Origin: the human T2T-CHM13v2.0 reference genome, Homo sapiens
NCBI RefSeq assembly: GCF_009914755.1
Contig: NC_060928.1
Strand: one strand, 5' to 3'
Length of the DNA: 64,000 bases
In this document: in pieces, positions 36,088 through 52,423 of the stretch
How positions within the stretch are numbered: position 1 is the stretch's first letter
Layout of the letters: each line of letters opens with the position of its first letter
Notes under the pieces: generated by a model
Told to the model about the DNA's origin: nothing
Seen by the model: only the letters and a program-made list of their open reading frames with translations
The model's database searches: none
Translations under genes and position numbers: made by a program

Positions 36088-36441
36088 TATTCATCCATTT
36101 TCATGCTGCTGTTAAGGATATACCTGAGACTGGGTAATTAATAAAGAAAAAGAGATTTAATGGATTCACAGTTCCACATGGCTGGAGAGGCCACATAATC
36201 ATGGTGGAGGGTGAAAGGCACATCTTACATGGCAGTAGACCAGAGGGAACTTGTGTAGGGAAACTCCCCCTAATAAAACCATCAGATCTTTCGAGACTTA
36301 TTCACTACTATGAGAACAGTATGGGGGAAACCACCACCATGATTCAATTATGTCCGACCCAGTCCCTTCCACAATATGTAGGAATTATGGGAGCTACAAT
36401 TGAAGATGAGATTTGGGTGGGGACACAGCCAAATCATATCC
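36088..36441. mobile_element. THE1 LTR inserted in a MIR
   Basis: tgtattcatccattttcatgctgct...gagatttgggtggggacacagccaaatcatatc; MIR sequence on both sides. Confidence 0.88.
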
Positions 36442-37351
36442 TTAGTAGACCTACCCCACAAGATGATTGTGAGGATAAGTGACTTAATATACGCAAGGCC
36501 ATTAAATCAGTTCCTGGCACATAGTAATACATAAGACTTACCTATTATCATTGTTTTTGTTTTAGTTATTCAGGTACATGATCCTAGCAGGGTTGGCATA
36601 AACTGATACAATCAGTGCAGCTTCTTGGGTTTTCTGGTACATTGCTAGTAGCCATGGGAACTCCATATTTTTGGGGACTCATTTTTGAGTTTTCTCTTAC
36701 ACTACATTGGGAACTGTTCCACTCCATGTTTTAGGGGCTGGTGAAGAGTGGTAAGACATAAAAACATCTGCTCTTATTGGTTGTAATGGGGCTTTTGGCT
36801 TAGTGCTCCAACAAAAACCTAAAGTTTTAAGTGTAATTAAATAATAGGTAATTGAAGATACCCCTAGATCTAGAATATTCTGGCAGAAGATTTAACATTT
36901 TCATTAGGAATACTGGTCTAGAATCTATCTTTTCTTTTAAAAAATTAACAAACACAATATAAGATGCCTTTATAAATATATTCCTTCAAGCAAATCTGAC
37001 ACTCGATGATTTAGGACTAAAATTTATCTTTGTCACCAACAAAATAGAAACAGGGTAAATATGATTTTATAACTGTGTCTTAGGTTTTTAGTTGGAGAAA
37101 TGCTGTACTTTAATTAAGATTACAAATGACTTTTGGTGCTCCATGTCATTTTTCAATGTTAGATTTTTAGTACAGATTAATAATATTTTTTCTATTCCTT
37201 TCTTTCCCTTATATAAACACAGGGAGTTCTTTGATCTCTAGAAGTTGCAAGGACTTTTTGGCCTGTTACAACAGCACATTTATTATTGATTGATTTTAGA
37301 GTGAATTGAAATTTTCAAGATTAGATGGGTGTGTATTAGAGCAAATTCTAA

Positions 37352-39901
<2,550 letters not shown>

Positions 39902-40489
39902 TAGAAAGTGAAAGAATCTTGAAATAAGATTTCCCTCTCCTCTGAGATACTGAGACTAGTACTAATTTCTTCTATCATTCATTGGAAAAAAAGCTACAGT
40001 ATGATTCATAAAAATGTAGGAGTTAAAAAACTGCCCAGGACATTTGAGCTAGGTATAAATAATATAATGCAGATATCATTAGGATATTGTAGTTTATGTT
40101 TATATAGACAACTATCTAGTTTTCTTGAATTTCATGAAAATAAAAAGCTAGTTCTCCCTAAACAGAGAAGACCTGGTAAAAAACTTGACAACATCACTGC
40201 AAACTCTGGTGATCAGAATGCTAGAGATTGTTATCTTAGCCAGCAATAACATGGCTGCATGGCACTCATGGTTATACAATGGAAGCCAGATATTTAAACA
40301 TTATCACTGTGAGCCAAGAAATATTGCATCTAATTTGTTACAGAGCTCAATCAAGATGGGAAGGAAGAGGTTCTTATTTTATCAATCTGAACATTGGCTG
40401 AAAGTAGAAGAACTAATCCACTTTATAATAATTTGTTTCTCTCTTGAATCCAGAAAGAAGAAGGGCTTGAGGACACAGAAGGTACATAG

Positions 40490-41600
40490 TTTAATAAATA
40501 TTTGAGGGCTGAGTATGGTACCCAGACTTCTCTAGGTGCTGTGGGACACAGCAGTGGACCAAGAAGACAAAAATCTGTATCCTCAAGGAGCTTGTATTTT
40601 AGTGGAAGGAGATATACATTAATCAACACAGATAAGTAAATAAAGTAAATAAGCAAATAAATAAATAAAGTAAGTGAATATGATAGTGCAGTGTAGTGAC
40701 ACAGTGTTGGAGCCAGACAGCCTGGGATCAAAGCCTGGCACCATCACTTACAAGCTGTATGGCCTTTGAGGAAGTTCTCAACCTCTCTGTGCCTCGGTTT
40801 CCTCATCAGTAAAATTGGGTTAATAAAAACTTTTGAGATTTGCCATGAGGATCACATTTAATCAGTGTTAAACACTTAGAACTGTGCCCAGCACACTTTA
40901 AGCACTACATTAGTAGTACTTGCTATTATTATATTAAATGGTACAAGAACAAGAATGGGATAAAGGAGTGTTGGATGGGTTTGTAGTTTTAAATGGGTTG
41001 TTAAAAAAAATCTGGAACAAGATCTTGATGACAAACTGGCATTTAAGTAAAGATCTAAAGGAGCTGAGGGAGTCAGCCACTCAGATATTTGGTGGTAAGC
41101 TGTGCCAGGCAGAAGGAATGACAAGTGCAAAGACCCTGAGGTTGGCACATGCCTCGCTTCTAGGACTGACAGGTGTGCAGTGTGGCTGGGGAGGAGAATA
41201 CAATAGGAGGGATCATAGATTGGGGCTCCTTAGAAGTAGAACCTAAGACAGGAATTCAAATGCCATTGATTTCCTGAGGATGTACTCTCAGGAAAAAACG
41301 AGGGAAGAAAGGAAGAGAGAGCAGAAGAGCTAAGTAAGGATGTGGCCCCGGCAGGTACAGCCTGGCCCCAAGGGGAGCACTGGAGTGTGGACTGCACTAC
41401 AGTGAGTTCCCCCTTGAGACAAATGGATTGGCTTCTTGTTTCCTCAGCCAATCATTGGCAGAGGGCTGTTGGGGGAGGTGGCTCCCATTGGCCAAGGGCA
41501 GTTCTCATTAGCAGGGGCAGTTGTGAGTTGCTGGCAGTAGGTGGCGGTGGCCTGGGGAAGGGGATCGGGGCAGGACTTAGCAGTACACACTACAGGAGAT
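40490..41600. mobile_element. L2/MIR mosaic followed by an old MaLR/ERVL LTR
   Basis: MIR core (ctctctgtgcctcggtttcctcatc), L2-like 40940-41200, LTR-like 41215-41595. Confidence 0.6.
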
Positions 41601-41819
41601 GAAGCTGCTTCTTCTAGGGACTTGTAGACATTTCAAGTCATAGTTCCAGAAGATTCAAATATGAATTTAATGAGTCCATCTGGCTATATTCCAGGAACAG
41701 AATCTTAGCCATGATGAGGGCTGGAGTCTTTTCAGTCTGTACTTGTGCTTCTGAAAAATGTTAAAGAAAAACTACACAATGGGGGCACGTTGGTGCCTCT
41801 ATAGCTTGCTAACTTCTGA

Positions 41820-42140
41820 CTTTTTATTTTTTTATTTTCTTGAGACAGAGTCTTACTCCATTGCTCAGGCTAGAGTGCAGTGGCACGATTCTTGGCTCAC
41901 TGCAACCTCTACCTGCCAGCAACCTCTGCCTCCTGGATTCAAGTGATTCTCCTGTCTCAGCCTCTCGAGTAGCTGGGATTACAGGTGCCCACCACCATGC
42001 CAGGCTAATTTTTATATTTTTAGTACAGACGGGGCTTTACCATGTTGGCCAGGCAGGTCTTGAACTCCTGACCTCAGGTGATCCACCCATCTTGGCCTCC
42101 CAAAGTGCTGGGATTACAGGCATGAACCAACACACCCAGC
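41820..42140 (-). mobile_element. AluS
   Basis: Alu consensus with a small internal duplication. Confidence 0.9.
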
Positions 42141-42464
42141 CTCTAAACTTGTTTTCTGCAAATGATTCTAGGTTTATTTCTAGCAAAGCTGAGCCCTCTG
42201 CCGGCAAAAGCAACATAGAGCTGCTGGGGGCACCTTGCTGCCTCTCCTCCACAGTCCTCAGCAATTCAGGTTTAGCTCCAAACCTGCATATTTCACCCAC
42301 AAAGCCAAAGCCCTGCAGGCAGACAGCCCCGCATCCTTAGAAGGAAGCATAGCAATTGTTAATTGAAGCTGGAGCTGGAGCCTTGAGTGTCTTACACTCT
42401 ATGCCAAGCAGCTTATCAAAGTTGCTTTTAGCCACACTGCATTTGTCCCTGTGAGGAGCCATGG

Positions 42465-43724
42465 AGACTTTGTACAATGTCAAGGTAGCTAAATTGGAAT
42501 GACATTTCCCAGATAACTTAGATACAGAGATACCTTGTATGGTTCAGAGTTATAGTTGCCACAAGAGAAACTTGTGTGATTTTGTTTGTTTGTCACCCAG
42601 GCTGGAGTGCAGTGGCACAATCTCCGCTCACTGTAACCTCTGTGCCACCCACGTAGCTGGGATTACAGGCACGCGTGCCACCACATCCGGCTAATTTTTG
42701 TATTTTTAATACAGATGGTGTTTCACCATGTTGGCCTGGCTGGACTTGAACTCCTGGCCTCAAGTGATCCGCTTGCCTTGGCCTCCCAAATTGCTGGGAT
42801 TACAGGTGTGGGCCACTGGGCCTGGCCTGTTTGTTTAACATTCTAAACATGTATAATCAATTAACATGGCCTAGGATTTTAATAGTATTCACTTCAGTAA
42901 CTTGAATCCACAAATCTAAGGAGTATATAACCAGAAAATTATGTATAAACACAGATTGGGCATGGCAATTCCTGTTCACAAAGGTCACATGTGTAGGTAC
43001 ATAAGTTAGTAGTGTGTATCTAGAATTATGACCAAACTGTTTTTAAGATGCAGAAATGTAAAATCACATCTTGAAAACATGATGAAAAAATGAAGAAGAG
43101 CTGGTCTACACCCATCAAAAATCAAACATTGCTTATAACAGAGACGAATGACAGCTACAGGATTCAAGTGACAATATGATTTCAAGAAATTAATACTGAT
43201 CAAAGAGAACAGGAATATTTTTACATTTCACTGAAAATACATTGACTACTAGAATGTAAAGATCCAGCAGAAACTCAGGGAGAAAATTACAAAATCTAAA
43301 GCCAATTACTTAATATTTCTTATTACCTAAATAACTGCATGATATTAAAAGAAAGCTGAAAATATGGAACACTTCATGAATTTGTGCATCATCCCATCCG
43401 GAGGCCATGCTAATGTTCTCTATATCATTCCAATTTTGAAGTGAGCACCTTGTGTGAAATTTGAGATCAGGAATGAAGCAGCAGCCATTGCACTTTGAAG
43501 GCTATGATTGGTAGGTGTGGTTAACAGTGCCTGTGGGGGCCGGGCGAGGTGGCTCACGCCTGTAATCCCAGCACTTTGGGAGGCCGAGGCAAGGCGCCTG
43601 TAATCCCAGCTACTCCGGAGGCCGAGGCACTAGAATTGCTTGAACACAGGAGGTGGATGTTGCCGTGAGCCAAGTTCGTGCCATTGCACTCCAGCCTGGG
43701 CAACAAGAGTGAAACTCCGTCTCA

Positions 43725-43766
<42 letters not shown>

Positions 43767-44173
43767 AACAAAAACAAAAAACAACAGTGCCTGTGAGTGC
43801 CACCTTGTCTTCAATTTTTTCCGCTCAATGTCCAGATCTTCCTGACTGCTGGCCCTACTGACCAGCCATGAACCAGGCCCACCATAAGATGCTCTGCTGT
43901 GAGCTCACAGAGGCGGAAGCCACAAAGAGCCTTCCATAGACTTCTATGCCAGCACTTTCATAGTTGCCCTCCAGCAGTCAGTGGCACCTCACATCCAGCA
44001 AGCTTCGATTTGTTCACCGGCTCCAGGGCTGATTAGTGGCTTTTTTCTGGTGCTTTTCAGACTTTTCTTCCTCAGCTTTTCCCCAGATTGTGGAAAGTCT
44101 AACTCCACAATAAATAACTTACCCCATAGTGCTCATAATGGTCTTGCTTCCCTGATTGAACTTTACCAGTACA
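42465..44173 (-). mobile_element. LTR41-like ERVL solo LTR, split by the U6 chimera (42580-43448) and an Alu (43538-43783)
   Basis: ggttcagagtt...ccacaagagaaacttgtgtga joins aatttgag...gaagcagcagccatt; end gaactttaccagtaca; Alu TSD aacagtgcctgtg. Confidence 0.75.
43359..43448 (-). pseudogene. U6 snRNA retropseudogene with an internal deletion of about 15 nt
   Basis: Reverse complement GTGCTCACTTC--AAAATTGGAATGATATAGAGAACATTAGCATGGCC...GTGTTCCATATTTT aligns to U6. Confidence 0.93.
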
Positions 44174-44317
44174 GGAGGGAACTATAATTGCCTTCATCTT
44201 ATTACATTTCCAGGAACATTTTATCATTTCTTGTAGGTCGGCACACCAGACATCTTCCTGGCTGGCTGTCCTTGAATGTAATTAATATATATCAATATAA
44301 TCGATGTAGCCCTGAAT

Positions 44318-44673
44318 ATATTAGTCAATTCTCGCACTGGTATAAAGGAATACCTGAGACTGGGTAATTTATAAACAAAAGAGGTTTAATTGGCTCATGG
44401 TTCTGCGTGGCTTGAGAGGCCTCAGAAAAATTACAATCATGGTGGAAGGCTAAGGGGAAGCCAGCAGGTCCTCATGGCTGGAGCAGGAGGAAAAGAGAGT
44501 GAAGGGGAAAGGGCTACATGCTTTTAAACAACCAGAAATTGGGAGAACTCACAATCACAAGAACAGCAGGGGGGAAGTTGCCCCCATGATGTAATCACCT
44601 CCCTCTCTCCTCCAACACGGGGGATTATAATTCGACATGAGATTTGGGCGGGGACACAAATCCAAACCATATT
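44318..44673. mobile_element. MSTA/THE1-type MaLR LTR
   Basis: tattagtcaattctcgcactggtataaaggaatacctgagactgggtaatttataa...gggacacaaatccaaaccatat. Confidence 0.85.
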
Positions 44674-44858
44674 AATAATATCCTTGAATTTCTGGTAGAG
44701 AAGGCACAAATAACTCTTTTCAGAAGAACCTTAATCTATCTATCTGAGTATACTTTTCAGTGAGACATACAGCTAGAGATACAATGGGAGGCAAACTATG
44801 TCCTTTATAAATACCTTTCTATAGGTAATACACTAGTCTGGCTCAAAAATCAGAGCTA

Positions 44859-46059
<1,201 letters not shown>

Positions 46060-46405
46060 TCAGCTACTTATATTAGGGTTCTACAGAGTATGGCACATGC
46101 TTCCCAGAAGCATTATGAAAGTAAATATGTGGATTGACAGTGGCACCCTCCCTTTATCCAGATGTCACCTGGCTTTGTGTGGTGGTTGTACCGTACACGG
46201 AGGCACCCGAGGGAAGAGTGGGAGTTCCAGAAAAGGTGGGTTGATGGTGGTTTCCTCACTCTTTTGCTTTCAGCACAGTGTGATGCATTACAGTTTATAT
46301 ATGGTCAGCTATATTGTCATAACTGGTTTTTAGATAATAGTCTCTAATTTTAATTAAATTAACTCTCGTAAAAACAGACAAATGACCTAAAAAGATTTCC
46401 TGCAA

Positions 46406-46644
46406 CATGTTCTCACTCATAGGTGGGAATTGAACAATGAGAACACATGGACACAGGAAGGGGAACATCACACACCGGGGCCTGTTGTGGGGTGGGGGGA
46501 GAGGGGAGGGATAGCATTAGGAGATATACCTTATGTTAAATGACGAGTTAATGGGTGCAGCACACCAACATGGCACATGTATACATATGTAACTAACCTG
46601 CGCGTTGTGCACATGTATGCTAAAACTTAAAGTATTAAAAAAAA
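46406..46644 (+). mobile_element. 5'-truncated L1PA (about 240 bp) with perfect TSD
   Basis: L1PA 3'UTR flanked by aaaagatttcctgcaa at 46390-46405 and 46645-46660. Confidence 0.93.
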
Positions 46645-46979
46645 AAAAGATTTCCTGCAAAGAAACCATGGATTGACGTGAAAACAATAACATGAGTAGA
46701 AGCAAAGAAGCAACAACAACAAAAACAACAATAAAAAGAGCAGACCAGTTCTACTCCTAGAAAAAACTCTTTGCTACCCACATTGAAAGGCCAAAATAAT
46801 AAGGCTCAAATGAGATTTGATGAGAAGTCTGACAAAATAGTCAAAATTAGCAAGGAGATGGCTTGCAAGTTGTATTTACATCCATTATCATTAATGAGGA
46901 ACCACAACTTAAGGGAATATTTTGCCTTGAAATATTAATGATTGTAGCATGATTTGAAAGACATTTAAAATAGTATTTC

Positions 46980-47120
46980 TTACAGTCAATTAAGCCAATC
47001 ATGTTCCTTTCCTTGTAAGGGCCAGGTGTGCCATGGCTGCGAACAGCAGCCTTCTCGGTAGTATGTGCACCGTGTTGCTTGTATGTTGTAAGCATTGCCC
47101 TAAGGACCTTGGAGACAGCC
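46980..47120 (+). ncRNA. SNORA70 (U70 H/ACA snoRNA) retrocopy
   Basis: cagtcaattaagcc...gttcctttcct...atggctgc...cagcagc...taaggaccttggagacagcc resembles SNORA70; H box ACAGCA 47043-47048; ACA box 47115-47117, 3 nt from the end. Confidence 0.85.
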
Positions 47121-47169
47121 CTTTCCAATGGACATTCATGTCCCTGACCTGACACTGTCTCCAGTCTGT

Positions 47170-47560
47170 GCTCTAGATAGGTACGCAGGGTGCCTTTGAA
47201 AGCCCCAGGGCATGGGAGGAAAGATCCACATTGGCCAAGTCATTATGTTCATCTGCACCAAGCTGCAGAACAAGGAGTATGTGATTAAGACCCCACACAG
47301 GACCAAGTTCAAGTTCCCTAGCTGCTAGAAGATCCATATTTCAAAGAAGTGAGATTTTACCAAGATTAATGTGGATGAATTTGAAGACATGGTAGCTGTG
47401 AAACAGCTCATCCTAGACAGCTATCAGGTCGAACACCCCCAATCATGGCCCCCTGGACAAGTGGTGGGCCCTGTACTTATGGGGGCTCCCACTGTTTTGC
47501 CCCTCCTTATTCACACCCACCAATAAAGCCTACTTCCTAACCCCCAAAATAAAGAAATAA
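47170..47560 (+). pseudogene. RPL10 processed pseudogene, last two exons plus 3'UTR
   Basis: ggtgcctttgaaagccccagggca...cacattggccaagtcattatg...accaagctgcagaacaaggag...gatgaatttgaagacatggtagct matches RPL10 (GAFGKPQG..HIGQVIM..TKLQNKE..DEFEDMVA); AATAAA 47522-47527; stops and frameshifts. Confidence 0.92.
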
Positions 47561-48048
47561 TAATATTATTTATCTTTATATCATCTTTTAGTGTCTTTTT
47601 TTGTGCACGTATTGTAATGCTTGTAATACATTGGTAAGTATACATAATGGAAGTATGGGCTGAACATTTTTTGCTGATTAGAGGGTCACAATCAAAAAGC
47701 TGGTGACCACTGCTTTGTTCTGAGACTGACATGTCCAGAAGTCCATCCAACTTATGAAGAAGACATGTGGATGGTGGCACAGCTTGGACTCTGTAATTCA
47801 AGACTGTAAAACATTTCTCACTCTACGTTTTATGACCTATAACACACGATTACATGAACTAGGGAAAGGATTGTGCTTTAGAAAGTCAGGTAAGTGTATT
47901 TGCATTTCCATTATCAGGAAAAACTCCCTCCATCCTCATTCCTCAACTTCTAGGTTTTTCCTAGGACTAGATTTAGGGACTAGATTTAACAATCTTTCAA
48001 TCAAGTTTGTTTTCTTTGTTACTTTCACCTGGTTCGACATCTAAGTAA

Positions 48049-48369
<321 letters not shown>

Positions 48370-48774
48370 ACCTCTTAGTTTTTTTGGAACAAAGGGAATC
48401 TGAAGATTTTTCAGAGTCAGGAAAGAATTTTGTTAGGATATTAAATGTGGGCAATGTTTATTTTTAAGTCTACAGATCTGAAGTTACCTTTTTCAAGAAC
48501 AAAAACACTCTTTGGTTTGCTCATAGATTGATTATTCCTAGTATATTATTTTAAAAGTACTTTATTTTAAAAAGTCATATTTAATGCATAGAGTTATTGC
48601 AAAATATAAACAGGAGGCAAAAATGAAATGAGGTATAAATGTGTGCTAAATTCTGCTGTAGTAATAGACAACCTCCTAAATCTCAGTGAGTCAATGCACC
48701 CCCAATTTTTTTTCTCATACTGCATGTCTAATGCAGCTTAGCAGGTGGAGCTCTGCTCACTGAAATCTCTCAAG

Positions 48775-49080
48775 GACTGTTAGAACAATAGCCCCCAAAG
48801 ATATCCACCTCCTAATCCTGGGAACCAGTGAATGTTTCCTTACATGGTAAAAGGATCTTTGCTGACGTGATTACATTAAGGATATTGAAATAGGGAGACT
48901 ATCTGGATTTTCTAGGTGGACCCAATGTAATTACAAGGGTCTTTATAAGAAGGAGGGAATAAAGTCAAAGGCAGTAGTAGAAGATGTGGCCCCAGAAGCA
49001 AGAGGTTGGAGTGATGTGAGGAAGGGGCCACAAGCCAAGGAATGCAGGCAGCCTCTAAAACTGAAAAAGACAAGGAAGTG
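48775..49080 (+). mobile_element. MLT1-family LTR fragment
   Basis: cccccaaagatatccacctcctaatcctgggaacc...gccaaggaatgcaggcagcctcta. Confidence 0.8.
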
Positions 49081-49784
49081 TATTGTACAAATGAAAGCCC
49101 ACATACTTTATGTCTAAGTATTCAGAGGTTGTAAATTAAACCATACCCACAATCTCTGGCTTGGTCCTGACCTGGGCCACAGTGGTCCCCAGGGACTGTC
49201 CTGCAACCTAGAGGTTGAAGAGCCCCAGTCTGCCAGCCTGAGTGGAAGCACAGCTCTGCCTGGGCAGGCAGGGTAGATGGGGGTCCAGGCTCAGACAGCT
49301 GTGAGTGAATTCACCTGCCTGATCCTGGGGCAGGGACTGACCTGGGCCAAGCTTTTCAGGGAGTTCTCAGCGCTCAGTGCCTTTACCATCAAAGCAGAAG
49401 AATGTCACTGTTAAATGGCTTTGGGAAACCCTGCTTGTTAACTTCCCTGCGCACCTTCTTGCGGATTCATAACTTATATTGCACTATATAGTAAAGGTTC
49501 TGACAGATCATAAGATATAAAAACCTGCTTAGCTTTGTTTAACTCAGCATTTTCCACATGGAATACGTTTTTGGGAAAGCTTCCTTTTTTTTTCATAAGT
49601 CTTAGTAATATCCTGCTTTCATAAGTCAGAGTTCTTCAACACACCTAAGGAACTGCTGTTTCTGGAAAGGTTTTTGGACCTAAAATGCAGAGCACTGAAT
49701 GAATCATACTCCTTAGTTCCTGACATACAATTATCAGTTGTTCCTACAAGGACCCATTGTCATTCATTCATTCATTTATTCAGA

Positions 49785-50210
49785 GTCAAATCAGGCACAG
49801 AAAGCACAGTATCTTAGGGCTCATGATACATTAAGGGGCCCAGGAAAGTGTTTTAATTTCTTGTAAGTCAGAAGTAAAAATGTACTTTTAGGGCAAAGAA
49901 GTTTTTATTTTAATTTTATTTATTTATTTATTTATTTATTTTTAATAGATACAGGGTCTCACTATGTTGCCTAGGCTGGTCTTGAACTTCTGGCCTCAAG
50001 CAATCCTCCTGCCTTGGCCTCCCAAAGTGTGATTACAGGTGTGAGTCACCATCCCTGGCCCAGAGAAAATGTTTTAATACATAATATTAATATATTTATC
50101 TTTATACCAACACAGTTGTAAAATATGATTTTTAAATACTTTTCTAATGGAGGAAAGGACCCATGAAGGCGAAAGGGACTCGGGCCCACGGAAATTGGAA
50201 TGCAGCCATA
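49785..50210 (-). mobile_element. MER96B-like hAT DNA transposon with an Alu monomer insertion (49905-50060)
   Basis: aatattaatatatttatctttataccaacacagttgtaaaatat...ggaggaaaggacccatgaaggcgaaa. Confidence 0.65.
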
Positions 50211-52423
50211 CATTTATTTATTCCCTTTATTTTATATCCTAGTCCCATTGTCTCCAATCAGTAATACTTTTAATGTGTATGTTTATTTCTCTTTGAATGT
50301 GTCTTTGAAAAGCATATATTACTGGTTTGCATATTGTTTAAGTGATATTGTATTTTATATTGTTCTGTTTCTTGCGTTTTTCACTATGTACCATATTTTA
50401 AAATCAATTTCTACTGCTCTAAGTATGTCCAACTAATTGCTTCTACCCACAGCAAAATACTCTGTGGTGTACCTGCACCACATTTTACCCATTCACTCTC
50501 CCAGTGATGCCATCTCCTTGCCACCACCATGCTGCAATGATCCACCATGTACATTTCCCTCTTCAGCCTGCCTGGGAATGTTTCCAGGATATGTGCTCAT
50601 CAGTGGAATTTCTGAGTCAGAGGGCACCTGCATACTTAATTTGGTTATGTAATGCTAGAAGTCTCTCCAAAATAAATGCTGTTTTCATATTTTTCTTTTC
50701 TGTGCTGGTCATTTTGGGGTTTGCTGTAATTTATTTTAGCTTTGTAAAATAAATTGGGTAATTCTTTTTTAAATCCTGGAACATTTTATATTGCATTGGA
50801 ATTAATTATTCTTTGCAAATGTGAGACTATAGGCAGTATGACTACTTGATGCCAAAACCCATATGTAGAGGCAATTCTTGAAAATATTTTCAGTTTCTTC
50901 CTTGGCTATTGGTTTGAATAAATTTTTATTGTTCTCAATCTGATGTTGGCATCAGGCAGGAATAACTAGGTCCATGAGACACAGACACAAAGATATGTAT
51001 TTTTTTGGTTTTGTTTATGATTTTGTGACTTGCTGTAATACCTTAGGAAGGCTCTCTGTGCCCATGTGTACTCAATTGCACTATTGATGGGCTTGAAATG
51101 ATTGGACTCCAAATGTACATGGCAAGAGTTCATTCTCTGCATGTCACATAAGTCTGCTCTGGTCAACGAATAGGTCTTCTCCCTCTTTTTATGATCTTGA
51201 ATTTTTGCTCTTAAATTAACAATGATGTCATGCACTTTTTGGCACTTAAAAATATATACATAATATATACACATACCTTCAAGGATTTTTCTCCTCTGAA
51301 GAAGCCAAGGCTGGCAAATTACTACTTATAAATCAGGTGATACTTTTGGAGTCTGAATTATTCTGACTACCTGGAGAACATTGCTTTCTTCCTTCATAAA
51401 AGTCATTCCAAAACTGCACTTGAGTCACAAAACTGCCCTTTCCTGAATCCTGTTTCAGGAATGACTAGCTCAGTGAACATGTACCCCTTTCCTCACTAAT
51501 CACTGCAGCTAAGATTAGTACCTTTCCAAAAAAGAAGCTATAGGTAAGAATGATTTATGTGTTTTTCATTTCTCAAGCTCACTTGGCAAGTAACAGATCC
51601 CTCATTTTAAATAAATCCACTGGACCTACATTAGAACTTACAGAATTATGCAGAACGAGGCTCATGTGTCTTCTAAAGAGTTTTCAGTTGAATCTATGAA
51701 GAAATTATTATTCCCTGCCCACTCAGAAAATGTACCACTAATTTTGGTAGTCACAGAGAGAATGAGATTTACTCTTCAGATATTAATGTTATAACTCATT
51801 ATTGCTGGAATATAACTGTTATGTAACAGAAAAGATATGACAGTTGGATAGTGGGATCCAAAATAACTCAGAGGCCAGTTTCTTCTTTCCCTCACATTTT
51901 TCAAAAGTAACCTAAAATCCTCATGTTTAAGGAAAGTTTCCAGATGAACTTCATATACCTAATTTGGGGGTAAAATGTACAGGGTCCATTTTCTAATTTT
52001 AATTTGCTTGTACCTTCTCATTGTAGTGGTGGACTGAAAAAAAAATTTGAATTTGCTTATACCTGACTGGTGGTGTCTTTTTGTATCATTGAGAGTTTGG
52101 TGCTTTAATCCACTAATTTATCCAACAAGCATTTATTGGCCTTTATTCTATGCCAAAGAGACAGGGGTGAACAATAACAACCACAAAAAACAGTCTCCGC
52201 CTTCCTCAAGCTTACATCTAATGCAAGAAGTAGGCAGCAAACAAAGAAATCATCAAGGGCTATTAGGGTTCCCTGGGGCTGGTGTGTAGAGAATGGCATG
52301 TGATGCGGGAGGGGAGAAGAAAGAGAAATGGCAGCTTAGATGAGGTAGCCATGGAGATAATGACAGATTGGGTATATCATTTGAGACAGAGCGACAAAGA
52401 CAGATCTCCAATAAACTCTATGT

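Noticed and set aside
43538-43783. Internally deleted Alu as a new SINE
   Set aside because: Simple deletion between the Alu arms with a normal TSD
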